Counted from the stretch's first letter, positions 38,419 to 48,385 are shown. The stretch is DNA of 64,000 bases from a bacterium (GCA_965261595.1 CBDHDG010000005.1:224001-288000); one strand, 5' to 3'. Notes: generated by a model not told the origin, from the letters alone. A program made the numbers and translations.

Positions 38419-39165
38419 ATGATCATCGACACCTCGATCTCCTACAAGCATCCCCATCACCCGGAGACCTCTACGGCCGACGCGCTCCTGCGGAGCCTGG
38501 ACACCGCGGGGATCGACCGGGCGGTCGTCCACCACTTCGGGCCGATTGTCGACTTCCGCTTCGAGGCGGCCAACGACGAGCTTTCCCGGGTGGTCAAGGC
38601 CCACCCGGACCGGTTCATCGGCGTCGGCACGCAGAATTATTACAAGGGGACGGACGAGACCGACCGCTGCCTGAACGACCTGGGCCTGCACGGCGTCAAG
38701 CTCTTCTCGTCCTGGGGGCTTGCGCCGGGCACGGGCCTGGTGGAGAAATTCTTCTTCCCCATCGCGGAGAAGCTCCAGGCGGCCGGCTCGGCCCTGATGA
38801 TCGAGCATGAAGGCCACACCCCCATCATCGGCGGAGCGGTCTTCTGGGACAACCTGATCGCCCGCGCGTTCCCGGACCTGCCCGTCGTGATGTGCCGGTG
38901 CTGGACGTGGGCCTACTGGCCCGATTACCTGATGACCGCCGAGCTGAACCCCAACGTCCTCCTGGAGTTCACCCTCGCGCCCACGTCCTGCGTCGACCGG
39001 GCCTTGCGGGAGCTCGGGCCAGGGCGCATGGTGATGGGGAGCTGGGCGCCCGAGATGGACCCCGGCGCCGTCGTGGACGCCGTGAACCGGTTTCCCATCG
39101 ACGACGAGGGGAAACGGAAGATCCTCGGGGGCAACGCCGCGCGGATCCTGGGGCTGGAGGGTTAG
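38419..39165 (+). CDS. Amidohydrolase_2-fold protein lacking canonical metal ligands
   Basis: MIID start, ND.L...V..HPDRF.G, GVKL, ILGGNAARIL, but DTSIS and MGSW in place of DxHxH and GSD. Confidence 0.7.
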   Translation: MIIDTSISYKHPHHPETSTADALLRSLDTAGIDRAVVHHFGPIVDFRFEAANDELSRVVKAHPDRFIGVGTQNYYKGTDETDRCLNDLGLHGVKLFSSWGLAPGTGLVEKFFFPIAEKLQAAGSALMIEHEGHTPIIGGAVFWDNLIARAFPDLPVVMCRCWTWAYWPDYLMTAELNPNVLLEFTLAPTSCVDRALRELGPGRMVMGSWAPEMDPGAVVDAVNRFPIDDEGKRKILGGNAARILGLEG

Positions 39166-39168
39166 TGT

Positions 39169-39250
39169 GGGGCGGGTACAGAACCCTGCCCCTACATTAT
39201 TAGTGCGTACAGGAGTTTTCCATGTAGGGGCGGGGCTCCGTACCCGCCCC
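39169..39250. repeat. Inverted pair of GTAG-type REP elements
   Basis: GGGGCGGGTACAGAACCCTGCCCCTACA and TGTAGGGGCGGGGCTCCGTACCCGCCCC. Confidence 0.75.
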
Positions 39251-39373
39251 CGCTTCCCGGCCTAACGGTGGACCACCGTTGTATCGAAGGTGCACTACAG
39301 CTCCGGCCAAAACTTTGTGAGATATAAAGGATGAGCCCGGAATCCGGCTGCCCATTCACAATAAGGAGCCGTC

Positions 39374-39841
39374 ATGCTCGAGAACCTGCATCACGCATCG
39401 ATCACCGTCGGCGATATCGATGAATGTCTCGAACTCTACCGCGACCTCCTGGGAATGGAAGTCGCCATGGACATGGAGTTCAAGGGCGAGGGTGTCGAGA
39501 AGATCATGGCCAGGAAAGGCGTGCGCTTTCGCGTTCTCCATCTCAAGCACAAAGACGCCGTATTGGAATTGCTCCAGTTCCACGAGCCCGAGAAATCGTC
39601 CGGCAGGGCGCCGATCACGCATCCGACGCAGGTCGGCCTCACCCAGATCGCCTTCACGGTGAAGGACATTCAGTCCCTCACCGACACGCTGAGCGCGCGA
39701 GGGTACGAGTTTCTCCAGCCTCCCGTTGAAACCCCGAGCGGCAGACGGGTGAACTACTTCCGCGCCCACGACGGCGTCCTCATCGAGCTGATGCAAGACC
39801 CGCCGACGGGCGGGTCCGTCCCACCGACGGGCGGGGCCTAG
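39374..39841 (+). CDS. VOC (glyoxalase/bleomycin resistance) family protein
   Basis: HHASITV.D, LELLQF, QIAFTVKDI, YFR..DG.LIEL. Confidence 0.9.
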   Translation: MLENLHHASITVGDIDECLELYRDLLGMEVAMDMEFKGEGVEKIMARKGVRFRVLHLKHKDAVLELLQFHEPEKSSGRAPITHPTQVGLTQIAFTVKDIQSLTDTLSARGYEFLQPPVETPSGRRVNYFRAHDGVLIELMQDPPTGGSVPPTGGA

Positions 39842-39929
39842 TGTCGCGTCTCGGAGATAGCTTCACGAATTCCGAACTTCCTCAAAGAAGGGCGGCACTG
39901 GCGGCTTGTCCGCCAGTGCCGCCCTTCGA

Positions 39930-41120
39930 TCAGCGTTTCACCAGGATGTACTCGTGCGCCCGCAGGGCGGCCTTGGCCCCTTCCCCGGCCGCCACGACGA
40001 CCTGTTTGTCCTTGACGTTCGTGACGTCGCCCGCGGCGAAGACCCCGGGGGCGCCGGTCCCGGTCTGGCAGTCGATGATGATCTCGCCGGTCTCGTTCAC
40101 GTCCAGGGCGTTCATCACAAAGGCGGAATTGGGCAGCAGGCCGACCTCGACGAAAACGCCGTCGACCTCGATGGCGCGCTCGGTCCCACCGGCCTTCGAG
40201 CGGATCCGCACGCCCGTCACCCCGCCTTCCCCGAGGATTTCCACCGGGACGAACTCCTGGAGGATCTCGACGTTCTTCATCCGGTGGACCCGGTCGATCA
40301 GGATGTCGTCGGCGATGAACTCGCCGCGCACGATGAGGTGGACCTTCCGGGCCATGCGGTCCAGCTCGCCCGCCGCTTCCAGGGCGGAATTGCCGGCGCC
40401 CACGACGGCGACCACTTTGTCTTTGTAAAAGGGCGCGTCGCACGTGGCGCAATAGGCCACGCCTTTTCCCATCAGCCGGTCCTCGCCGGGGATGCCCAGG
40501 GGGCGGGGGAACTTTCCGCTGGCGACGATCAGCGTGCGGCCCCGGTAGCGGTTGCCCGCCTCCGTGCGGACTGCCTTGATCTTGTCGTCGATCTCGATGT
40601 TTGTGACCGTTTCACCGATGACCCGGGTGATGTCGAAGCGGCCGACGTGTTCCTCGAAACGGTCAATCAGGTCCTGAGCCTCGATGTAGGAATACCCAGG
40701 ATAGTTCTCCAACTCGGCGGTGATGTTCAGCTGCCCGCCGACGTCCTTGGACAAGACCAGCGTCTGAAGCCCCTTCCGGGAGGCGTAGATGGCGGCGGTC
40801 ATCCCCGCCGGTCCCAGCCCGATGATCATCACGTCGTAGAGCGTTTCTTCGGCCCGATCGCTTTCGCGGCCGAGCTTCTCGTCCAGCACGCCCCGGGCGT
40901 TGAGCGTGGCAAGCTCGGTGTAACCGCCGATGATTTCCCCGCCGATGAGGATCTGGGGCGTGGTCCGGCCCCCGGTGCGCTCGATCATGGCCTCCCATTC
41001 GGGGGTGTCGCCGCTGACGAGGATCTCCTCGAATTCAATGTCCTTTTTCTTGAGCAGCCCCATGGCCCGGTGGCACCAGGGGCATTGCGCTTGCGAATAC
41101 ACCTCCACTTTGGGCGGCAT
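39930..41120 (-). CDS. Glutaredoxin-thioredoxin reductase fusion
   Basis: N-terminal Grx (CPWC, TTPQI, IGGY) plus TrxR (GLGPAG, CATCD, VGAGNSA, GVFAAGD). Confidence 0.9.
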   Translation of the reverse strand: MPPKVEVYSQAQCPWCHRAMGLLKKKDIEFEEILVSGDTPEWEAMIERTGGRTTPQILIGGEIIGGYTELATLNARGVLDEKLGRESDRAEETLYDVMIIGLGPAGMTAAIYASRKGLQTLVLSKDVGGQLNITAELENYPGYSYIEAQDLIDRFEEHVGRFDITRVIGETVTNIEIDDKIKAVRTEAGNRYRGRTLIVASGKFPRPLGIPGEDRLMGKGVAYCATCDAPFYKDKVVAVVGAGNSALEAAGELDRMARKVHLIVRGEFIADDILIDRVHRMKNVEILQEFVPVEILGEGGVTGVRIRSKAGGTERAIEVDGVFVEVGLLPNSAFVMNALDVNETGEIIIDCQTGTGAPGVFAAGDVTNVKDKQVVVAAGEGAKAALRAHEYILVKR

Positions 41121-41357
41121 GGATTCTCTCCTTCCGGCCTTCGTCAACCGGCGCCCCGTGAATCCATGTGAACTCCCAATCACCACCTTTTCCGAATCAT
41201 TAGATAGAAATTCGGCCGATTGGATTCATTCAGGGAAAGGTATTTCCGTGATCGTCTCCCCCCCCTCCTCCCCCTCCCGGGGATTTCGCTGATAAGATGA
41301 GCGGGTCTGAGCGGCGCCAATTTCAAGCCCTCGATATTTCGGAGTCCCGAATCCCTG

Positions 41358-42569
41358 ATGACCCGCAACCCCCCCCCCAGTACATCGGTCCCCAGCCGAT
41401 TGTTCGGCCGCGATTACACCCTCACGGTCCTGGCGACCTTTTTCTTCATGCTGAATTTTACGACGTTTTACCTCCTGCCGCTGTTCATTCAGCAGATTGG
41501 AGGCAACGAGACCGACATCGGGTTTGTTTCCGGATCCGGGTGGATCATTTCTTTCATCTGCACGCCGCTTTCGGGTGTCCTGGTGGATCGCTGGGGCGCC
41601 AAACGTCTCCTGCTCGCCGGGGCCGCGCTTTTGGGAATCGGCGCGGCGGGATACCTGTTCGTCCAGCGGGTCGGACCGTTGATTTATTTCCTCCGGGCCC
41701 TCCAGGGCGTCGGACTGGCCGCGGGCCTGACGGCCGGATACACGCTCGTGGCCGAATTGAGCCCGGCTTCCCGCCGGGGGGAGTCCTATGGTTTCTATAT
41801 GGTTTTCACCCTCTCTCCGCACGCGATCGGGCCTTGGGCCGGGGAAGGCTTGGTTTCGATCAGCGGGTTTCCGGCGTTGTTCGGGGTGACGGCCGCGTAT
41901 GCGTTCCTGTCGGTCCTTCTGGGGGCGTTCATTCGGGGCCGCGCCGATGATCCCGACCCGGCCCCAAGCTCTTCCCTTCGGGCCTTGCTGGTCCGGCGCG
42001 ATCTCTGGCCTGTGATGGGGACGGTCCTGCTGACCGGATCGAGCTTCGGGGCGGTGCTGACGTTTGTCCCCACGTACCTCAAAAGCCGGGGCTTCGAGAC
42101 CATCGGCTTCTTTTTCATCACCTACACGGTGGTCGCGGTTCTCATCCGAATCTTTCTGACGGGACTTTCGGATCAGTGGGGGCGGCGGCGGATTCTCCTG
42201 CCGAACCTGCTGGGGATGGCGGTCGTTTTGGTTCTCCTGGCCTTGGCGCGGAATGTCTGGGGATTCGCGGCGGCGGCCTTTTTCTTCGGGACGAGCCAGG
42301 GATTTGTCATGCCGACGTTGGGCGCGCTGGTCATTGACCGGGCGAACCCATCGGACCGGGGAAGGACGATGGGCCTCTTCTCAGGTTTCTTTCATTTTGG
42401 GGTGTTCCTCAATTCAGCCGCGCTGGGCGGCGTCGCCGCGCGCTTTGGCTATCCCGTGGTGTATTGGATCGCGGCCGCCATGGCCCTGGTGGGGGTGGCC
42501 TTCTTCGCCCGCTTCGACCCGTCGAGATCCCCCGACCCGGACCGGCTTGGACCCGCCGCGGCGCCTTGA
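41358..42569 (+). CDS. MFS transporter
   Basis: DRWGAK and SDQWGRR loop motifs; ~12 TM segments. Confidence 0.88.
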   Translation: MTRNPPPSTSVPSRLFGRDYTLTVLATFFFMLNFTTFYLLPLFIQQIGGNETDIGFVSGSGWIISFICTPLSGVLVDRWGAKRLLLAGAALLGIGAAGYLFVQRVGPLIYFLRALQGVGLAAGLTAGYTLVAELSPASRRGESYGFYMVFTLSPHAIGPWAGEGLVSISGFPALFGVTAAYAFLSVLLGAFIRGRADDPDPAPSSSLRALLVRRDLWPVMGTVLLTGSSFGAVLTFVPTYLKSRGFETIGFFFITYTVVAVLIRIFLTGLSDQWGRRRILLPNLLGMAVVLVLLALARNVWGFAAAAFFFGTSQGFVMPTLGALVIDRANPSDRGRTMGLFSGFFHFGVFLNSAALGGVAARFGYPVVYWIAAAMALVGVAFFARFDPSRSPDPDRLGPAAAP

Positions 42570-42700
42570 CGATGGGTCGCGTTTCGGCGGAGGATCGGGA
42601 AGACGCGCCGTAAGGTCATGGTCCGCTCAAGCCCGACTTCGAGGCGGCGGGGCGCCAGGTTTTTATCCGGCCGTCCAATCTCTTGCGGAAGGGATGAGGG

Positions 42701-43621
42701 TTGAAAATTCTCGTGACCGGCGGGGCCGGATTCATCGGGTCGCACGTTGTGGACGCCTACGTGGCTGAGGGCCATGAGGTCACGGTCGTGGATGCGCTCT
42801 TCCGGGAAAGCGAAGAAAACCTGAACCCGGGAGCGGCGTTCCACCGGGCGGACCTTTGCGACGCGGCCGCCCTGCGGGCCGTCTTCGAGCGCGAGCGGCC
42901 GGACCGGGTCAACCACCATGCCGCCCACGTGGACGTCCGGCGGGCGGTGGAAGACCCCGCGTACGATGCCCGGCAAAACGTCCTGGGGACGGTCAACCTC
43001 CTGGAGCTTTGTCGGGAGTACGGGGTCGGCAAGGTCATCTTCATATCGAGCGGGGGCGCGGCCTATGGAGAGCCGGAGTCGCTTCCGGTCCGGGAGGATC
43101 ACGCCGTCCGGCCCCTTTCGCCCTACGGGCTGTCCAAGTACGTCGGAGAGAAGTACGTCGAGCTTTACGCCCGTCTTCACGGCCTCGATTACACCATCCT
43201 ACGCTACCCCAACGTGTATGGTCCCCGGCAGGACCCCTCGGGAGAGGCCGGGGTGGTGGCTATCTTCTCCGAGCGTATCCGCGCGGGACGCCGCCCGACG
43301 ATTTTCGGCGATGGGACCAAGACCCGGGATTATGTCTTTGTGGGCGACCTCGTCCGGGCCAACCTCCTCGTCACCGGGGATGCCGGAAGCCGGGAGGCGT
43401 TCAACCTGGGGTGGGGCGAGGAGGTCACCGACCGGGAGGTCTTCGAGGCCGTGCGGGACGCCCTGGGGGCGGACGTGGAGCCCGTCTACGAAGAGCGGCG
43501 CCCCGGAGAGGTCGAGCGGATCTGCCTGGACGCCTCCAAGGCGGAAAGAGAGCTGGGCTGGCGTCCGGAGGTGTCCTTCCGGGAAGGGGTCCGCCGGACG
43601 GTTTCCGCGGGCGGGAAGTAG
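42701..43621 (+). CDS. NAD-dependent epimerase/dehydratase (UDP-glucose 4-epimerase-like)
   Basis: TGGAGFIGSH, SSGGA.YG, YGLSK, NVYGPRQ, RDYVFV. Confidence 0.93.
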   Translation: MKILVTGGAGFIGSHVVDAYVAEGHEVTVVDALFRESEENLNPGAAFHRADLCDAAALRAVFERERPDRVNHHAAHVDVRRAVEDPAYDARQNVLGTVNLLELCREYGVGKVIFISSGGAAYGEPESLPVREDHAVRPLSPYGLSKYVGEKYVELYARLHGLDYTILRYPNVYGPRQDPSGEAGVVAIFSERIRAGRRPTIFGDGTKTRDYVFVGDLVRANLLVTGDAGSREAFNLGWGEEVTDREVFEAVRDALGADVEPVYEERRPGEVERICLDASKAERELGWRPEVSFREGVRRTVSAGGK

Positions 43622-43797
43622 CCGCGGCCGGCGATCTTGAACGAATGTCGCGGGGGGGGGAGGAGGGGAGGGGGGGGATTCACCATCCTTCGTATCCGGA
43701 CCGGTGGATGGGCGGCGCTGACCGAAAGAATCGAGCGAGGATGAGCCCCGACTTCAAAAGGGATGAAGATGAATCGAAGCAACCCGGAGGCCCGCTC

Positions 43798-44489
43798 ATG
43801 ATCCGCTTCAGAAAACAATCCCATTCACGGGGTCCGATAACCATCCCGCCCAGGCGCCTTCCGGCGGGTTATGCGGCCGTTCTTCTTCTCATCGGATTGA
43901 CGGCGGCATCCGCGCGCCGACGGCGGGAAGCCTCAACGTTCGGGGAAATGCGGTTTCCGCGAAAGGCAATTACGACGAGGCCATCAGGCTCTATCGAAAA
44001 TCCCTGGCGTTGAACCCCAGGCTGCCGGCGGTCAACGCGAACCTGGGATGGGCCTATCTCCATAAGAAAAACTACGACGAGGCGGTCGTCTATCTCAAAC
44101 GGGCCTTGTCATACAAGCCCGAGTACAAGCACGCGATGCGGGGGCTCGCCCGGGCCCTGTTCCGGAAAAAGGATTACAAAGAAGCGCTTCGCTATTTCCG
44201 GCGGATCGTCGAAGCCGATCCAGGCGCGGTCGGAGATTTGGATTATCTCGGCGGGTCCCACTTGAACATCGGAAACTACGATCCGGCCATTTCCGCTTAT
44301 CGAAGGGTCCTTTCCCGAAAGCCTCGTCACCAATCCGCCCTGAACGGCCTCGGTATCAGTCTCTACAGAAAGGGAAGCTATCCCGAAGCGCTCGGGCATT
44401 TCCAGAAGTTGCTCGCGATCAAACCGAAGACGCCCCAGGCGATCTTTCGGAAATTCTCGCCCTACGTCGTCCTCATCGAAACCCGGTAG
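43798..44489 (+). pseudogene. Exported TPR protein, frameshifted near 43915 and truncated at a MITE-like end
   Basis: Signal-like segment, then TPR repeats in a second frame; ends abruptly at TAGT. Confidence 0.6.
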
Positions 44490-44705
44490 TATCGTGACTC
44501 GTAAATGGCTTTACATGACGAGACCGGAATTGTCCCTTCCGGCCGGGCAAGGGGTCAACCGACCCAAACGCCCGGCCTGCCGGTTGGTGAAAGGGCGGTG
44601 TTTTTTTAAGCAGGTAGGGCGGGCATCTTGCCCGCCTTTCGCTCAATGGTTCTCTGAGAGCCTTCTTTCCAATTCGTGAAGGGTCAACTTGTCTTCGAGA
44701 CACTA
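44487..44705. mobile_element. MITE-like element with TAGT...ACTA ends containing a GTAG REP
   Basis: Imperfect inverted ends at 44487 and 44705; related end at 39839; REP at 44614-44636. Confidence 0.5.
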
Positions 44706-44780
44706 CGGCAGGCTGTATTGTCGGGGATGCGGTGCGCCCCGCCCCGCTCCGGGGCGATGGGCCGGCGTCCGAGGGCGGAT

Positions 44781-45896
44781 TCAGGCCCCGAGCGTCTTCG
44801 CGATCACCCCGGCGATCCGCCGGACCTGCTCTTCTTCGAGCTCCGGGTACATGGGAAGCGAGAGGACCTCCGCGGCCGCGCGCTCCGACTCGGGGAAGTC
44901 GCCCGGCCGGCCTCCCTGGTCCTCGAGGGCGGGTTGAAGGTGAAGGGGCGGGGTGTAATGGAGACCCGTTTCGATGCCTTCGCGCGTGAGCGCCTCGCGG
45001 AGGCGGTCACGCGCGGGCGTTCGTATCACGTAGAGGTGATAGACGCACCGCCGTCCTTCGGGCGCCGCGGGGAGGACGAGGGGCAGGCCTTCGAGGGCCT
45101 CGCGATACCACCGGGCCGCCCGCCGGCGCTCCTCCGTCCACGCCTCCAGGTGTTTCAGCTTCACCGCCAGGACGGCGGCCTGGAGGGCGTCCAGGCGGTC
45201 GTTGGTCCCGATCTCTCCGTGGAGGTATTTCGCGCTCCGGCCGTGGTTGCTGGTCTTGCGCATCCGGTCCGCCGCTTCTTCGTTTCCCGTGACGACGGCG
45301 CCGGCGTCTCCGACCGCGCCCAGGTTTTTGCTGGGAAAGAAGCTGAAGCATCCCGCGTCTCCCAGGGATCCCGCGCGTTTTCCGAGAACCTCCGCCCCGT
45401 GGGCCTGGGCGGCGTCCTCGATGACGAGCAGGTCCTCGCGCTTGGCGATCTCCAAAATGGCGGGCATGTCGGCGGGCAGGCCGAACAGGTGAACCGGCAT
45501 CACGGCCCGGGTCGCGGGGGTCAGGGCGTTTTGGATCCCTTCGGGATCGATGCACATCGTCTCGGGATCGATATCCACGAAGACAGGCTTCGCCCCCACG
45601 TGCCGGATAGAAGCCGCCGTGGCGATGAAGGTGAAGACCGGCGTCACGACTTCGTCGCCGGGTCCGACGCCCAGGCACCGAAGGGCGTGGATGAGCGCCG
45701 CGGTTCCCGACGAGACGCCCACACAGAACGGGGCGCCGCAGAATTGAGCGAAGCGCGTTTCAAAGTCAAGAACGGCCGGACCGCCGATATAGCGTCCGGA
45801 GGGGAGAACGGCGTGGACGGCTTCTTCGATCTCCCCCTGAATCCTTCGGTATTGGGCTTGAACGTCACACAGCGGAATGGCTTCCGGCGAGATCAC
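44781..45896 (-). CDS. DegT/DnrJ/EryC1/StrS aminotransferase
   Basis: SSGT.AL, TFIAT, IEDAAQAHG, SFFPSKNLG..GD.G, LSLPMYP. Confidence 0.95.
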   Translation of the reverse strand: MISPEAIPLCDVQAQYRRIQGEIEEAVHAVLPSGRYIGGPAVLDFETRFAQFCGAPFCVGVSSGTAALIHALRCLGVGPGDEVVTPVFTFIATAASIRHVGAKPVFVDIDPETMCIDPEGIQNALTPATRAVMPVHLFGLPADMPAILEIAKREDLLVIEDAAQAHGAEVLGKRAGSLGDAGCFSFFPSKNLGAVGDAGAVVTGNEEAADRMRKTSNHGRSAKYLHGEIGTNDRLDALQAAVLAVKLKHLEAWTEERRRAARWYREALEGLPLVLPAAPEGRRCVYHLYVIRTPARDRLREALTREGIETGLHYTPPLHLQPALEDQGGRPGDFPESERAAAEVLSLPMYPELEEEQVRRIAGVIAKTLGA

Positions 45897-46083
45897 GGCT
45901 GAATCTCCCGGGAAGAATGAGGAAGGGGCGGGGTTGACGAACCGGTTTGATCCTCCTGTTCCGGATATCCCCCCGGAACCGTCGAGGCGCTCGTTTGTTT
46001 CAAGGCGGGGGACATGGAAGGAGACCCGGGAACGAGAAGGCCGCGCAAGGTTTTCGCGAAGGGCAAGACAACGGGCGGACGGA

Positions 46084-47346
46084 CTAAAAGCGAACCCCCA
46101 ACCCGCCCAAGTACATGAACGGTCCGAGGTTCAATGAGTCGTCACTGGTGTTGGTGTTCGTACCGAGCTTGGCGTAAAAGCCGCGGAACTCGCCCAACAG
46201 AAAGACCCTCGAGCTGATGTTGAACGCGACGCCGCCAACCCCGTGGTAGCCCACGGTGGCAAAATTCCGATCTTCATTGGCCTGAATGGCGACCTGCGGG
46301 ACGCTGTTGGTCAGCTTCACCTCGCGATTGAGGACGTACCACCCGACCCCGAGGCCCGCGTAGAAGTCGAACCGCTTGATCGGCCAATGCGCTTTCGCGG
46401 TGACGAGGCCGTAGAAGGTCTTGAATTTCACATCCCCGTCGAGCAGGATCCCCGTGGTGGTCGTCTTGTTGAGATTGGTTTGCTGGCCGCCGAAGTATCC
46501 GAATGATCCGGAGAAGCTGAAGTGCTTGTAGAACCGGTAGGACGCCTCGCCCTCGTAAGCGACGGAGTTGAAATCCTTCGCGTCGAAGGCGCCGATGGCG
46601 GCTGTCGAGTCGAAATATTCGCTGCCGACTCGCCGATCCACATAGCCGCCCTTGACGGCGAGGGAAAGGCCGATCAGGTCCGCGCCTGGGGCGGGGCGGA
46701 CCTGGAGGATCTGCCGGCGGAATAACCGCAAGGACCGCTGTTCCCCGGGATCTTTGTACTGGGCCAGCGCGCGGTCCACCGAACGCAGGGCGTCATCCCA
46801 TTTGGCCTGCTGGTATTGGGCGAGGGCCAAGTTGGAGAGTGCCCGCAATTTCGGGTTCGAGACCCTCCGGAAGATTTTTTCGGCCTCCGCGAACTGGTTC
46901 TGCATCAGCAGGATCACCCCCCGGTTCAGGATGGCGTCCTGGAAGTCGGGTCGAAGGCGCAGGGCGGTTTGAACGGACTCCAGGGCTTGTTTCATCTTTC
47001 GCCGCCGGATGAGGGCGCTTCCGAGGTTGTTGTGATAAATCGCTTCGCCGGGATCCAGCTTCGACGCGGTTGTGAACTCCCGCGAAGCCCGGGCCAGCCT
47101 GCCCTGGAAATAATAAGCGGTCCCCAGATCGGAATGAATGGCGGCCGAGTCGGGTATGGCCTGGACCGCCCGCTCCATGAGCCGGACCGCCCGAGCGAGT
47201 TTGCCCGCCTTCAGGGCGTCGAAACCATCGAAGTATTCTTTCGGGAAGAGCTCGGAGACGGCCGGCCGCGCCGGAATCAGGGTCAGCAACAGAAGAAGCG
47301 CAAGAATGCCTCCGGCCAAACTCCGCCGCGCCAATCCAATTCGCAT
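46084..47346 (-). CDS. TPR repeat plus outer-membrane beta-barrel protein
   Basis: Signal peptide, ~5 TPRs, then alternating beta-strands (YAGLGVGWY, GYHGVGGVAF) ending in VRF. Confidence 0.75.
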   Translation of the reverse strand: MRIGLARRSLAGGILALLLLLTLIPARPAVSELFPKEYFDGFDALKAGKLARAVRLMERAVQAIPDSAAIHSDLGTAYYFQGRLARASREFTTASKLDPGEAIYHNNLGSALIRRRKMKQALESVQTALRLRPDFQDAILNRGVILLMQNQFAEAEKIFRRVSNPKLRALSNLALAQYQQAKWDDALRSVDRALAQYKDPGEQRSLRLFRRQILQVRPAPGADLIGLSLAVKGGYVDRRVGSEYFDSTAAIGAFDAKDFNSVAYEGEASYRFYKHFSFSGSFGYFGGQQTNLNKTTTTGILLDGDVKFKTFYGLVTAKAHWPIKRFDFYAGLGVGWYVLNREVKLTNSVPQVAIQANEDRNFATVGYHGVGGVAFNISSRVFLLGEFRGFYAKLGTNTNTSDDSLNLGPFMYLGGLGVRF

Positions 47347-47611
47347 TCCACTTCCTCTGGTTGAAGGAATCAGGGTCGAATTCCTTGATGTTCTATGCAA
47401 CACCACCCATTTGGATAATATATCTGGATTTCACCTAATTTCAAGGCAATTATTCATAATCCTATGAGACTGAACGGCTTGCCGGATTAAGCGGTTTAGT
47501 TTTCCGGGCTGCGAACCTGCAATCCGTGTGATGACAACCCCTTCCCGTGGCGTCTCCGGGGGGGGGCAAACGGCCGTTGCGGGCCTCCCGGGATTTTTCT
47601 CTGTCCGGCCC

Positions 47612-48355
47612 TTAAATCAACAGCAGCTTCAAGGAGCCCGTGAGGGCGATGATCAGAATGACCGAATTGAACACGCGGTTGGAAACCGCCTTGTGGGCTT
47701 GGTAACCCAGATAGGCCCCGATCGCGAGGAGGGGGACGGTGTAAGCGGCCCACAGAATGATCTGCGGGTCGGTGATGTCCGCATACAGGTACGTCCCCAG
47801 CTTGAAGACGTTCGTAATGCCGAACAAGCCGAACCCCGTTGCGACCACGGCCCCCTTCTTGAGTCCGCTGGAGATGAAATAGGGCGTCGTAATCACCCCG
47901 CCCGAATGCGCCGCCGTCGTGCTGAATCCCGCCAGCATCCCGACCAGGTGTCCGGCGGTTCGGGTCGGCGGGACATAGGTGATTTCGGACCGTCGAATCA
48001 GCTTGATGATGTGGTAGAGGGAATAGAAGAACGCGAAACCGCCGATCATGCGGCGGATGCCGGCGTCGGAGAGGTAGGACAGCAGCGCCGTCCCCACAAT
48101 GGTTCCGACCACCATGCTGGGGAGGAGGGCCAGGACGAACTTGCCGTCCCATTTCTTCCAGAAGAAGTAAACCACCAGCAGGTCGCCCAGGACCATCAGC
48201 GGGGCGATGATCCCCATCGCCATCCTGGCCGAGACCAACAGCGTCAGGATGGGGGCGATGACCATCCCGATGCCGCCGCCGAAGCTGGTTTTGAAGAACC
48301 CCGTCAGAAAGCTCGCCAGCACGAACGCCAGCAGGGTGTCGAAGGTTGCTTCCAT
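47612..48355 (-). CDS. TauE/SafE (sulfite exporter-like) membrane protein
   Basis: GF.K..FGGG.G...PIL, G...GF....AH.GG, N..KL..Y. Confidence 0.85.
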   Translation of the reverse strand: MEATFDTLLAFVLASFLTGFFKTSFGGGIGMVIAPILTLLVSARMAMGIIAPLMVLGDLLVVYFFWKKWDGKFVLALLPSMVVGTIVGTALLSYLSDAGIRRMIGGFAFFYSLYHIIKLIRRSEITYVPPTRTAGHLVGMLAGFSTTAAHSGGVITTPYFISSGLKKGAVVATGFGLFGITNVFKLGTYLYADITDPQIILWAAYTVPLLAIGAYLGYQAHKAVSNRVFNSVILIIALTGSLKLLLI

Positions 48356-48385
48356 CTTGGAACCGGTCCGTCCTGTTTTGAGCGA

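Noticed and set aside
35472..38432. 986-aa minus-strand ORF and similar long antisense ORFs (6466-8544, 47528-49273)
   Set aside because: Shadow frames of well-supported genes in high-GC DNA; no recognisable motifs.
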